Shown here: in pieces, positions 34,801 to 44,243 of the stretch
Layout: the number at the start of each line of letters is the position of its first letter
How positions within the stretch are numbered: the stretch's first letter is position 1
Assembly (NCBI GenBank): GCA_963514005.1
Contig: OY740805.1
Location: forward strand, 23,932,001-23,996,000
DNA: 64,000 bases
Direction of reading: 5' to 3'
From: Raja brachyura
Taxonomy: Eukaryota
The notes under the pieces: model-generated
Database searches by the model: none
Told to the model about the DNA's origin: nothing
Seen by the model: the letters and a program-made list of their open reading frames with translations, nothing else
Made by a program: the position numbers and the translations under genes

Positions 34801-35760
34801 CCCTCTGATCCCCTTAGCCACAAGGGCCACATCTAACTCCCTCTTAAATATAGCCAATGAACTGGCCTCAACTACCCTCTGTGGCAGAGAGTTCCAGAGA
34901 CCCACCACTCTCTGTGTGAAAAAAGTCCTTCTCATCTCAGTCCTAAAGGATTTCCCCCTTATCCTTAAGCTGTGACCCCTTGTCCTGGACCTCCCCAACA
35001 TTGGGAACAATCTTCCTGCATCTAGCCTGTCCAACCCCTTAAGAATTTTGTAAGTTTCTATACGATCCCCTCTCAATCTCCTAAATTCTAGAGAGTATAA
35101 ACCGAGTCTATCCAGTCTATACCTATCCACTTTACTTTTAAATGTTAAAATCGATCCTGCCTCCACCACTTCTGCAGGAAGATCATTCCACACAGCCACC
35201 ACTCTCTGAGTAAAGAAGTTCCCCCTCATGTTACCCCTAAACTTCTGTCCCTTAATTCTCATGTCATGCCCTCTTGTTTGAATCTTCCCTACCTTCAATG
35301 GGAAAAGCTTATCCACGTCAACTTTGTCTATCCCTTTCATCATTTTAAAGACCTCAATCAAGTCCCCCCCCCTCCCCCTTTAACCTTCTGCGCTCCAAAG
35401 AATAAAGACCTAACTTGTTCAACCTTTCTCTGTAACTTAGTTGCTGGAACCCAGGCAACATTCTAGTAAATCTCCTCTGTACGCTCTCTATTTTGTTGAC
35501 ATCCTTCCTATAATTAGGCGACCAAATCTATTCCTATTTCCCACCCCTTGGTCAAAGATTGTCCACTTCCCTCCACTGGTGCTGTCCAACCCGCTGAGTT
35601 TCTCCTGTTATTTTCTCGAAGAATATAAATTGGCTTTTCCAAATGCAATCCGTGACATTCGCCGCCCCACAACCACTGTCTTACCTGCGTGGTCTCCCGA
35701 TACAGAGCAGAGAGAAAAGGCGGCGAACAGGAGTGTTGCAGGTACGGTGTAACTTTGCAT
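7722..35760 (-). CDS. Non-classical MHC class I-like heavy chain, spliced CDS join(35760-35685, 26695-26447, 23907-23638, 21628-21347, 7807-7722), 320 aa
   Basis: Five exons read by hand. All four joins are phase 1 with GT..AG, and the lengths 76+249+270+282+86 = 963 nt stay open to TAG. Domain order is leader/alpha1/alpha2/alpha3 (C1-set Ig)/hydrophobic C-terminus. Linking exon 5 across a 13.5 kb intron is an inference. Confidence 0.85.
9409..10215 (+). pseudogene. DIRS ORF1 (gag-like)
   Basis: Position in the element; P-x-N-C...VP-x-VN-x-x-IW and LFG motifs typical of DIRS ORF1; frameshifted near the end. Confidence 0.7.
10430..12267 (+). pseudogene. DIRS pol: RT - RNase H - DAM-like methyltransferase, frameshifted
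   Basis: [11 protein letters not shown]; [14 protein letters not shown]; AHIDNILI (YxDD mutated); TDASAKGWG; INYLEM; [10 protein letters not shown]; YAFPPF; [11 protein letters not shown]. Confidence 0.9.
12255..13235 (+). pseudogene. DIRS tyrosine recombinase, frameshifted
   Basis: SAM-like N-terminus ([12 protein letters not shown]), [12 protein letters not shown] (H-x-x-R), ATAGW. Confidence 0.9.
17515..17795 (+). mobile_element. tRNA-derived SINE (HE1/V-SINE-like); other copies at ~2765-2900, 4375-6050 (split), 8960-13925 (split by DIRS), 26778-27080, 27280-27535, 32115-32410, 45992-46275, 47640-47945, 57543-57840, 62230-62890
   Basis: A box TGGCGCAGCGG, B box GGTTCGRTCC-like, conserved GTACGTTCTCCCCGTGACC core, (CTAAA)n tail. 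Confidence 0.85.
18417..20069 (+). mobile_element. Rex1/Babar-type LINE, 5'-truncated; RT ORF open 18410-19900
   Basis: [54 protein letters not shown]; AATAAA followed by a (TTGAC)n-like tail; TSD TGAAAC (18411-18416, 20070-20075). Confidence 0.9.
21347..21628 (-). CDS. MHC class I exon 4, alpha3 C1-set Ig domain
   Basis: LRC...FYP..I..TW...LPNHDDTY...[10 protein letters not shown]; acceptor ttcttccccag, donor G|GTAAGT; 282 nt. Confidence 0.95.
23375..23600. repeat. Degenerate ~23-bp tandem repeat (AGCTCCCTCAC core) just inside intron 3
   Basis: About 8 imperfect units. Confidence 0.7.
23638..23907 (-). CDS. MHC class I exon 3, alpha2 domain ([11 protein letters not shown]...[21 protein letters not shown])
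   Basis: Not in the ORF track; translated by hand. Q96-like Gln, GC (C101) and C164 equivalents, typical L-x-x-G-x-x-x-L-x-R end; acceptor ttccttacag, donor G|GTAGGT; 270 nt. Confidence 0.9.
24360..26200. repeat. Degenerate ~45-bp minisatellite (GCAGGGGATCACAGTGAGAGATGGTGTACTGTG...) in intron 2, interrupted by two TEs
   Basis: Unit visible at 24360-24600, 25210-25303 and 25790-26200. Confidence 0.85.
25303..25790 (-). mobile_element. CR1 3' fragment inserted in a minisatellite
   Basis: CATAGAAA tail and CR1 3' sequence. Confidence 0.85.
26447..26695 (-). CDS. MHC class I exon 2, alpha1 domain (DSHSLKYF...[13 protein letters not shown]...PRQQW...EYWTRQ...)
   Basis: Canonical SHSLxYF start, G-x-x-DD-x-x-x-x-x-FDS, PR-x-x-W and YW motifs; acceptor ctttgctcag, donor G|GTATGT; 249 nt. 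Confidence 0.95.
27985..28340 (+). mobile_element. CR1 3' fragment
   Basis: [10 protein letters not shown]...GYGEKAG followed by (TTTCTATG)n. Confidence 0.85.
29641..31576 (-). mobile_element. Tx1/L1-clade LINE, 5'-truncated and frameshifted
   Basis: [27 protein letters not shown]-terminal CPxxxC...H...C zinc knuckle; AATAAA and A-rich tail; 12-bp TSD CATAACATCACA (29629-29640, 31577-31588). Confidence 0.9.
34545..35525 (-). mobile_element. CR1 3' fragment with another CR1 3' fragment (34681-35117) nested in it
   Basis: Two CR1 subfamily tails; TATAC duplicated at both junctions. Confidence 0.8.
35685..35760 (-). CDS. MHC class I exon 1, signal peptide [25 protein letters not shown]
   Basis: Strong Kozak context GCCGCCAAGATG, hydrophobic core, phase-1 donor G|GTAAG, located in a CpG-rich region. 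Confidence 0.85.
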
Positions 35761-36126
35761 CTTGGCGGCTCCTCACACCGACCGAACCGTCTCTGTTGTT
35801 TCGTGAAGTACTGAGGACGGAATTAAAATTGACTGGGTAGATAATGAGCAGAGTTCTCAACAGAAAGCAGGAAACATCGAGCAGGAGAAAGTCGGACCGA
35901 GAACCAAATTCTTCTGCAGTGCTCGCCACCCCCCGCTCGGAGAGTGTGGAAGTGGGAGTAGAGGAAACGCATACGCGCCTGCTGTTCACGCTGTGTGCAG
36001 CTGACGCGGAGCCCAAACGGTTCCAGCGAGAGAGAGAGAGAGAGAGGGGGTCGATCAGGTCAGATTGCGTCAATGTGCGGCGAGCGAGAGGCAGGGCGGC
36101 GCTGGCGGCAGCGCCCGGTGACTAAT
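35761..36126 (-). promoter_or_regulatory. CpG-rich promoter/5'UTR of the class I gene
   Basis: High CpG density directly upstream of the ATG; CRE/X2-like TGACGCAA (minus strand, ~36065-36072) and TGACGCG (~36002); ISRE-like GTTTCCTGCTTTC (~35863-35875); (GA)n tract. CpG-rich unique sequence resumes after 37294. Confidence 0.55.
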
Positions 36127-36128
36127 TA

Positions 36129-37292
36129 AAGGGCCTGTCCTACAAGCATGCAACTCCAAGCGATGAGCGCGACCTAACGTGGTCGCTTGAGCCGTCCGGC
36201 GTCGCGGGGCCGGTCCCACTTCGATCGCTGGAGCCGTGCGGAATTGTACGGAGTTCGTCCCGACATCGCCCGGGGCTCCGAAAAACTGATTAAAAGGGCC
36301 TGTCCAACCTGCATCCGACTCCATGCGATGAACGCGATCAAACTAGAAGCGGGGGCCGCGCTGAGGTGGGGTCATCCCCTGTACAGGGCCGTTCCCACCA
36401 GCATGCGCCTGCATGCGGCAAGCGCGACCAAACCGGCAGCAGGGGCCGCGCGGAGGTCGGGTGAGTGGCGCAACGCGGCGCAAAGTGAGGCGAACCTGGA
36501 GCGAAGTCTAAGGTAAGTTCGCCAGGACAGAGAGGGGCACACAGAGAGGGGCACAGAGGCACACACACACAGGGCCACCGAGCCACACACATAGAGGGTC
36601 ACGGAGGCACCTACAGATAGGTTCATGGAGGCACGACGTCGAGACGGTGTGTAATGCGTCGAGGCGACTGCGAGCCGACAAGCCGTTGCCGCGTGGGATT
36701 TTTGAACACAGTCAGTTTTTCGGAGCCCCGCGCGGTGTCGGGACGAACTCCGCACAATTCCGCACGGCTCCGGCGATCGAAGTGGGACCGGCCCCGTGAT
36801 GCTGGACGGCTCAAGCGACCACGTTAGGTCGCGCTAATTGCATAGAGTTGCATGCTTGTAGGACAGGCCCTTTATGTTCAAAAATTCCACGCGGCAACGG
36901 CTTGTCGGCTCGCAGTCACCTCGACGCATTACACACCGCCTCGACATCGTGCCTCCGTGAACCTATCTGTAGCTGCCTCCGTGACCTTCTATGTGTGTGG
37001 CTCCGTGGCCCTCTGTGTGTGTGTGCCTCGGTGCCCCTCTCTGTGTGCCCCTCTCTGTCCTGGCAAACTTACCTTAAGACTTCGCTCCAAGTTCACCTCA
37101 CTTTGCGCCGCGTTGAGCCACTCACCCGACCTCCGCGCGGCCCTCGCTGCCGGTTTGGTCACGCTTGCTGCATGCAGGTGCATGCTGGTGGGAACGGCCC
37201 TGTACAGGGGATCACCCGACCTCCGCGCAGCCCCTGCTTCTAGTTTGATCGCGCTCATCGCATGGAGTCGGATGCTGGTAGGACAGGCCCTT
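36129..37292. mobile_element. MITE (AAGGGCCTGTCC TIR, TA-flanked) containing a second copy of itself in inverted orientation (36293-36872)
   Basis: TIRs at 36129 and 37292 and at 36293 and 36872; outer halves are reverse complements of the inner copy. Confidence 0.85.
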
Positions 37293-37970
37293 TACGCTGC
37301 GCCGGGCAGACTTCCAGGATCTTCGCAGACAAGCCGAGCACTGCAGACCGCTCGACATCTCGTCCCAGCTTCCCCACCCCTCACTCATGTGCTCCCGAGA
37401 AATCATTCTGCCCATACATCGTGCGCCCTACACCTCACCCCTTCAATCCCACTCGCCTCCCATTCTAGCTCGCCCCCTTTACCCAACTGCCTACACCCAG
37501 GGCTGCCAACATTGGGCGAGAGTTGGGAGTGAGAAATTGCGAGAGACCACGTCCGAGGGAGCGTAGCGACAGGGGTGGGGGTAGGTGGGTGTCCTCCTCC
37601 CCTTAGTACGGAACCTTTGCATTTTCACCTTGAAATTGTGCAACATGGTGCATGCTGTAGCAAGTCTTTTAACTTACACTTGAATGCAATATATATGCTT
37701 TAAATTGGATTAGCTATGAATAGGGTTAGAGTAAATTACATTCCACAGTAGAGCCCAGGCTCTGGTCAACAGGTGCATGATTTAGTGTATTCATGTATGG
37801 AAATCAGATTATAATCAAGTACTTGGCCCATGTTGACCAACCTGGGTCTCACTGTACACCTGGTACTACACCTGGCCCTGACTCCAGTTGAATACCTTCT
37901 CTCATTCCTGTCCCTGAGTCCAGCCTTACACCTGGCCACCTATTCTATCCTGATCATAGCTGCTTACCTG

Positions 37971-40895
37971 TTAAAGAAGGAACTGCAGATGCTGGAGAAT
38001 CGAGGGTTACACAAAAAGCTGGAGAAACTCAGCGGGTGCAGCAGCATCTAAGGAGCGAAGGAGATAGGCGACGTTTCGGGTCGAGACCCTTCTTCAGACT
38101 GGTCAGGGATCAGGGAAACGAGAGATATAAACAGTGATGTGGAGAGATAAGGAACAATGAGTGAAAGATATGCAAAAAAGTATTGGTGATAAAGGAAGCA
38201 GGCCATTGTAAGCTGTTTGTGGTGTGAAAATGAGAAGCTAGTGCGACTGGGGGGGGGGGGGGGGAGATGGAGAAGGAATGTCAGGGCCAGAGGGCTGAGG
38301 GAGAGGTGGGGGGGAGGCATTCTGTGTTAACAGAATTGAGAAAATTCAATGTTTAAGCCCAGAGGATGCAGACTCCCCAAGCGGAATATGAGGTGCTGTT
38401 CCTCCAACTTGCGGTGTTGATCACTCTGGCCATGGAGGAGGCCCAGGACCGAGAGGTCGGATACGGAGTGGGAGGGGGAGTTGAAGTGCTGAGCCACCGG
38501 GAGGTCAGGTTGGTTATTGCGGACCGAGCGGAGGTGTTCGGCGAAACGATCGCCCAGCCTCCGCTTCGTCTCACCGATGTAGATCAGCTGGCATCTGGAG
38601 CAACGGATGCAGTAGACGAGGTTGCAGGGGGTGCAGGTGAACCTCTGTCGGACTTGGAATGACTGCTTGGGTCCCTGAAAGGACTGGATGGGGGAGGTGA
38701 AGGGACAAGTGTAGCATCTCTTGCGGTTGCAAGGGAAAGTGCCCGGGGAAGGAGTGGAGCGGGAGGGAAGGGAAGAATTGACGAGGGAGTTGCGGAGGGA
38801 GCGGTCTTTGCAGAAGGCAGACGGGGGATGATGGGAAGATGTGGCGAGTGGAGGGGTCACGTTGGAGGTGACGAAACTGGCGGAGGACTATCTGTTGTAT
38901 GCGCTGGCTGGTGGGGTGAAAGGTGAGGACCAGGGGGACTCGGCCCTTGTTGTGAGTGGGGGAATGGGGAGAGAGGGCAGTGTTGCGGGGTATGGAGGAG
39001 ACCCTGGTGCGAGCCTCAGCTATAGTGGGGGAGGGGAAACCCCGTTCTCTGAAGAACGAGGACATTTGCGATGACCTGGTGTGGAACACGTCATCCTGGG
39101 AGCAGATGCGGCGTAGACGGAGGAATTGGGAATAGGGGATGGAGTCCTTACAGGAAGCAGGGTGGGAGGAAGAGTAGTCCAGGTAGCTGGTGAGGTCAAG
39201 GAATGGTAGGGAAATGTCGTAAATGGTCCAAGTATATTTGAGTGCCGGATGGAAGTTGGCGGTGAAATGGATGAAGTCAGCCCGTGCCCAGAGGAGCAAC
39301 CCATACCCATCCATTGACACCCTCCTCCGCCTAGCGGAGTTGGTCCTTACCCTCAACAACTTCTCTTTTGACTCCTGCCATTTCCTCCAAACACAAGGCG
39401 TAGCTATGGGCACACGCATGGGCCCTAGCTACGCCTGCCTCTTTGTCGGGCACGTCGAACAATCTTTGTTCTCGGCGTACCAGGGCCCCACCCCCGACCT
39501 TTACCTCCGTTACATTGACGACTGCTTTGGTGTCACCTCCTGCATCCACACACAACTGACTGACTTCATCCATTTCACCACCAACTTCCATCCGGCACTC
39601 AAATATACTTGGACCATTTACGACATTTCCCTACCATTCCTTGACCTCACCATCTCTATTGCAGGTGATACACTCCTGACTGACATCCACTACAAACCAA
39701 CTGACTCCCACAGCTACCTGGACTACTCTTCCTCCCACCCTGTTTGCTGTAAGGACTCCATCCCCTATTCCCAATTCCTCCGTCTACGCCGCATCTGCTC
39801 CCAGGATGACGTGTTCCACACCAGGTCATCGCAAATGTCCTCGTTCTTCAGAGAACGGGGTTTCTCCTCCCCCACTATAGATGAGGCTCGCACCAGGGTC
39901 TCCTCCGTACCCCGCAACACTGCCCTCTCTCCCCATTCCCCCACTCACAACAAGGGCCGAGTCCCCCTGGTCCTCACCTTTCACTCCACCAGCCAGCGCA
40001 TACAACAGATAGTCCTCCGCCAGTTTCGTCACCTCCAACGTGACCCCTCCACTCGCCACATCTTCCCATCATCCCCCCTGTCTGCCTTCTGCAAAGACCG
40101 CTCCCTCCGCAACTCCCTCGTCAATTCTTCCCTTCCCTCCCGCTCCACTCCTTCCCCGGGCACTTTCCCTTGCAACCGCAAGAGATGCTACACTTGTCCC
40201 TTCACCTCCCCCATCCACTCCTTTCAGGGACCCAAGCAGTTATTCCAAGTCCGACAGAGGTTCACCTGCACCCCCTGCAACCTCATCTACTGCATCCGTT
40301 GCTCCAGATGCCAGCTGATCTACATCGGTGAGACGAAGCGGAGGCTGGGCGATCGTTTCGCCGAACACCTCCGCTCGGTCCGCAATAACCAACCCGACCT
40401 CCCGGTGGCTCAGCACTTCAACTCCCCCTCCCACTCCGTATCCGACCTCTCGGTCCTGGGCCTCCTCCATGGCCAGAGTGATCAACACCGCAAGTTGGAG
40501 GAACAGCACCTCATATTCCGCTTGGGGAGTCTGCATCCTCTGGGCTTAAACATTGAATTTTCTCAATTCTGTTAACCCAGACTGCCTCCCCCCCCACCTC
40601 TCCCTCTGCCCTCTGGCCCTGACATTCCTTCTCCATCTCCCCCCCCCCCCCCAGTCGCACTAGCTTCTCATTTTCACACCACAAACAGCTTACAATGGCC
40701 TGCTTCCTTTATTACCAATACTTTTTTGCATATCTTTCACTCATTGTTCCTTATCTCTCCACATCACTGTTTATATCTCTCGTTTCCCTGATCCCTGACC
40801 AGTCTGAAGAAGGGTCTCGACCCGAAACGTCGCCTATCTCCTTGGCTCCTTAGATGCTGCTGCACCCGCTGAGTTTCTCCAGCTTTTTGTGTAAC
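37971..40895 (+). mobile_element. Penelope-like element (RT + GIY-YIG): inverted partial copy 37971-~39282 joined to forward copy ~39283-40895
   Basis: GVAMGTRMGPSYA, YLRYIDDCF, NLIYCIRC..C..IYIGET, GLN; two copies in inverted orientation; 17-bp TSD TCATAGCTGCTTACCTG (37954-37970, 40896-40912). Confidence 0.95.
40804..40831 (+). ncRNA. Minimal hammerhead-ribozyme-like motif in the Penelope terminal repeat (mirror copy 38070-38097 on minus)
   Basis: CTGAAGA-A-GGGT(CTCG)ACCC-GAAACGTC: CUGANGA and GAAA core boxes, helix II, palindromic ACGU, GUC site; helix I only about 2 bp. Confidence 0.6.
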
Positions 40896-41124
40896 TCATA
40901 GCTGCTTACCTGCTTCGGTTCCCAGTGCTGAACACACCCCTGGTCCCAGCTTTGATTGCACACCTAGTGGTCTCGACCCGAAACGTCGCCTATCTCCTTG
41001 GCTCCTTAGATGCTGCTGCACCCGCTGAGTTTCTCCAGCTTTTTGTGTAACTCATAGCTGCTTACCTGCTTCGGTTCCCAGTGCTGAACACACCCCTGGT
41101 CCCAGCTTTGATTGCACACCTAGT
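40813..41124. repeat. 156-bp tandem duplication spanning the Penelope end, TSD and flank
   Basis: 40813-40968 is repeated at 40969-41124. Confidence 0.9.
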
Positions 41125-42892
41125 ACTATTCCAGACCTTGACTCTGGAAGCAAACTTGGCCTTGCTCCTAGCCCCTTTGCACTGACAATATATCTGGCCC
41201 ACACATAAAGCCCCATATCTGACCCCCTGGACTTAACCTATTACCTTCAAGTCCACAGGTGCTCCTCTAATGCAGTAACCATTTATGGGGCACTTCACAG
41301 ACCAAATTATGGAGAACAAAATTTGCTGAATTCATTGTTATCTAACATGCTAGTTACTTTGTCAAAGAAGTCTTCAGTTGGTTGAACACAATTCCCATCC
41401 ATAAAATTATACTTACTCAGCTGTATAAGTATTCTGATACCATATCTTTCATTTTTGTAACAAACTGTCCTGAAGTCATTTTCACCCCCAATATTTTCAG
41501 TAATTTGCTGTCTTCCTCTCAGCTGGGACTTTTCCAAAATGCAAAGTTCAATAACTATATATTTAAGCAATATTATTCTATTAAATGTGATCTTGAGAGT
41601 ACATAATATTTTCTGTGGTATACGTAACACAACAATGATAAAAAGATCTTTGTTTTGATTACACCTAGCAACATGCATACATAATTACATTACAGTTAAT
41701 ATGTACCGAGGGCAAAGTTTTGTTCCAATGCTCCCCATACCCAATTACTTTTACATTGAAGTGATTGAAATCCAGGTGAAGTTTAAATGGCATCATAAAA
41801 GTAAAACCTCCGGAAAGGATGATATTCATTACGTGGTTGGTTGGGGTTAGTATCAGCACAATTACTATATTTAACTTTGAATCTTCAGATGTCCTGGTTC
41901 AAGCTCAAACTAAACGACTAATAATAATCTCCTCACACATTCCCCTGTAAGTATCTCTGTCGCTCCTTTAAAATATGCCCCTCCTTTGAACAAGCTCTTA
42001 AACATCACATCTGAATCAGTATCCATCTGATTACACACCTTGAGGATGTTCATCTACGTGTTCAATTAATAAAACAACGAGATTGGGGACATTTCTATTC
42101 AACCTGTCAAAGGAATTGGGGGGGGGGGGTTAGAAATAGTCAGTGGGGCTAAACAAATGACAATAGTGCTACCTTCCCAATATTTAACTGAAGGAAATGA
42201 TGGGTTATCAGGATTATCAAGCCTGACACCTTGCATGTCATTTAATATTACAGTTATCCCATCCCCCTGGATATTCTGGATGAATAAATTAAGGTTTTGT
42301 CAACTAATTACAAATCAGGCTAATGACAAATCAATAACATTAGCCAACTCCGAAACATGAAGTGCTGAGCATTGGGATCCAGACATCACAGCCAACTGGC
42401 CTCAGTTCCCCGCTCACATCTGGCAGTGTTCTTCATCGAGCATTTTTGAAAGGTGGGAGGCTGAGCGATCACTGATCACTGGCCTTGGGGGTACCCGGTG
42501 CTGGAGTGGAGCAACCGAGTGGGAAGAAGGGTGTCCCCCCTCCCAGGGTAGGACATTTTTGAAATTTGATGTGTTAAAATCATGTTTTAGTGCATTGTAG
42601 AAGTATGATTTCAATGTTTTTTGTATGAACTTTTTTTAAGAGGTAACTTTTTAAGGGGTAACTTTATCCACACAAAGGGTGATGGGTGTATAGGACAAGC
42701 TGCCATAGGAAGTAGTTGAGGCAGGGACCATCCCAACATTTAAGAAAAGGTTAGACTGATACATGGATAGGACAGGTTTGGAGGTATGGACCAAAAGCAG
42801 GTAGCGTAGCTGGGACATGTTGGCGGGTGTGGGCAAGTTGTGCAGAAGGGCCTGTTTTCACACTGTATCACTCTATGACTACATTATACCTC

Positions 42893-43645
42893 CACGGTGG
42901 CCGATTAGGAAAAGGGGAGATGCAGCGCGACTTGGGTGTCATGGTGCACCAGTCATTGAAAGTAGGCATGCAGGTGCAGCAGGCAGTGAAGAAAGCGAAT
43001 TGTATGTTAGCTTTCATAGCAAAAGGATTTGAGTATAGGAGCAGGGAGGTTCTACTTCAGTTGTATAGGGTCTTGGTGAGACCACACCTGGAGTATTGCG
43101 TACAGTTCTGGTCTCCAAATCTGAGGAAGGACATTATTGCCATAGAGGGAGTGCAGAGAAGGTTCACCAGACTGATTCCTGGGATGTCAGGACTGTCTTA
43201 TGAACAAAGACTGCATAGACTCGGTTTATACTCTCTAGAATTTAGGAGATTGAGAGGGTATCTTATAGAAACTTACAAAATTCTTAAGGGGTTGGACAGG
43301 CTAGATGCTCGAAGATTGTTCCCGATGTTGGGGAGGTCCAGGACAAGGGGTCACAGCTTAAGGATAAGGGGGAAATCCTTTAGGACTGAGATGAGAAGGA
43401 CTTTTTTCACACAGAGAGTGGTGGGTCTCTGGAACTCTCTGCCACAGAGGGTAGTTGAGGCCAGTTCATTGGCTATATTTAAGAGGGAGTTAGATGTGGC
43501 CCTTGTGGCTAAGGGGATCAGAGGGTATGGAGAGAAGGCAGATACGGAATACTAAGTTGGATGATCAGCCATGATCATATTGAATGGCGGTGCAGGCTCG
43601 AAGGGCCGAATGGCCTACTCCTGCATCTAATTTCTATGTTTCTAT
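42893..43645 (+). mobile_element. CR1 3' fragment
   Basis: RDLGV...[11 protein letters not shown]...TRGH...GYG followed by TTTCTATG tail; nearly identical to 48583-49340. Confidence 0.9.
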
Positions 43646-44022
43646 GTTTCCATGCATGAATGCTTCAAAATCAAGTGATCGAGTTTTATTGCCATATAGT
43701 CATGCATAGAAACATAGAAATTCGCACGGCAGCTGTGCCACGCTTCCGACGCCTTGCACTGAGGCTGCTCCATGGCCGGAGCTGCAGTGGGCGACTCGCC
43801 AGCCGGCAAACACTCGCCAGCCCCGCACCCCATCTGCATCTGTCCCCGTCGCTGCTTCTGCTTCCAACACCCATGGCCGATGCAGTTAATACAAGTTTTA
43901 AAATTTTTGTTGATCACAGAATTTCTCACAACAGAGCGTGAGAAATTAGTGATCAGCGTGAGAATTTGGCGAAATGCGTGATTTTCACGCTCAATGCATG
44001 GGAGTTGGCAGCCCTACCTCTC

Positions 44023-44243
44023 NNNNNNNNNNNNNNNNNNNNNNNNNNNNNNNNNNNNNNNNNNNNNNNNNNNNNNNNNNNNNNNNNNNNNNNNNNNNNN
44101 NNNNNNNNNNNNNNNNNNNNNNNNNNNNNNNNNNNNNNNNNNNNNNNNNNNNNNNNNNNNNNNNNNNNNNNNNNNNNNNNNNNNNNNNNNNNNNNNNNNN
44201 NNNNNNNNNNNNNNNNNNNNNNNNNNNNNNNNNNNNNNNNNNN
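44023..44243. other. Assembly gap (N run)
   Basis: 221 N. Confidence 1.

Noticed and set aside
34771-35361. 196-aa ORF
   Set aside because: Chance in-frame fusion of two nested CR1 3' fragments
36852-37532. 226-aa ORF and its mirror ORFs
   Set aside because: GC-rich MITE sequence depleted of stop codons
41280-41880. AT-rich ORFs as a transposase or host gene remnant
   Set aside because: No motif recognised and frames are broken; left unassigned
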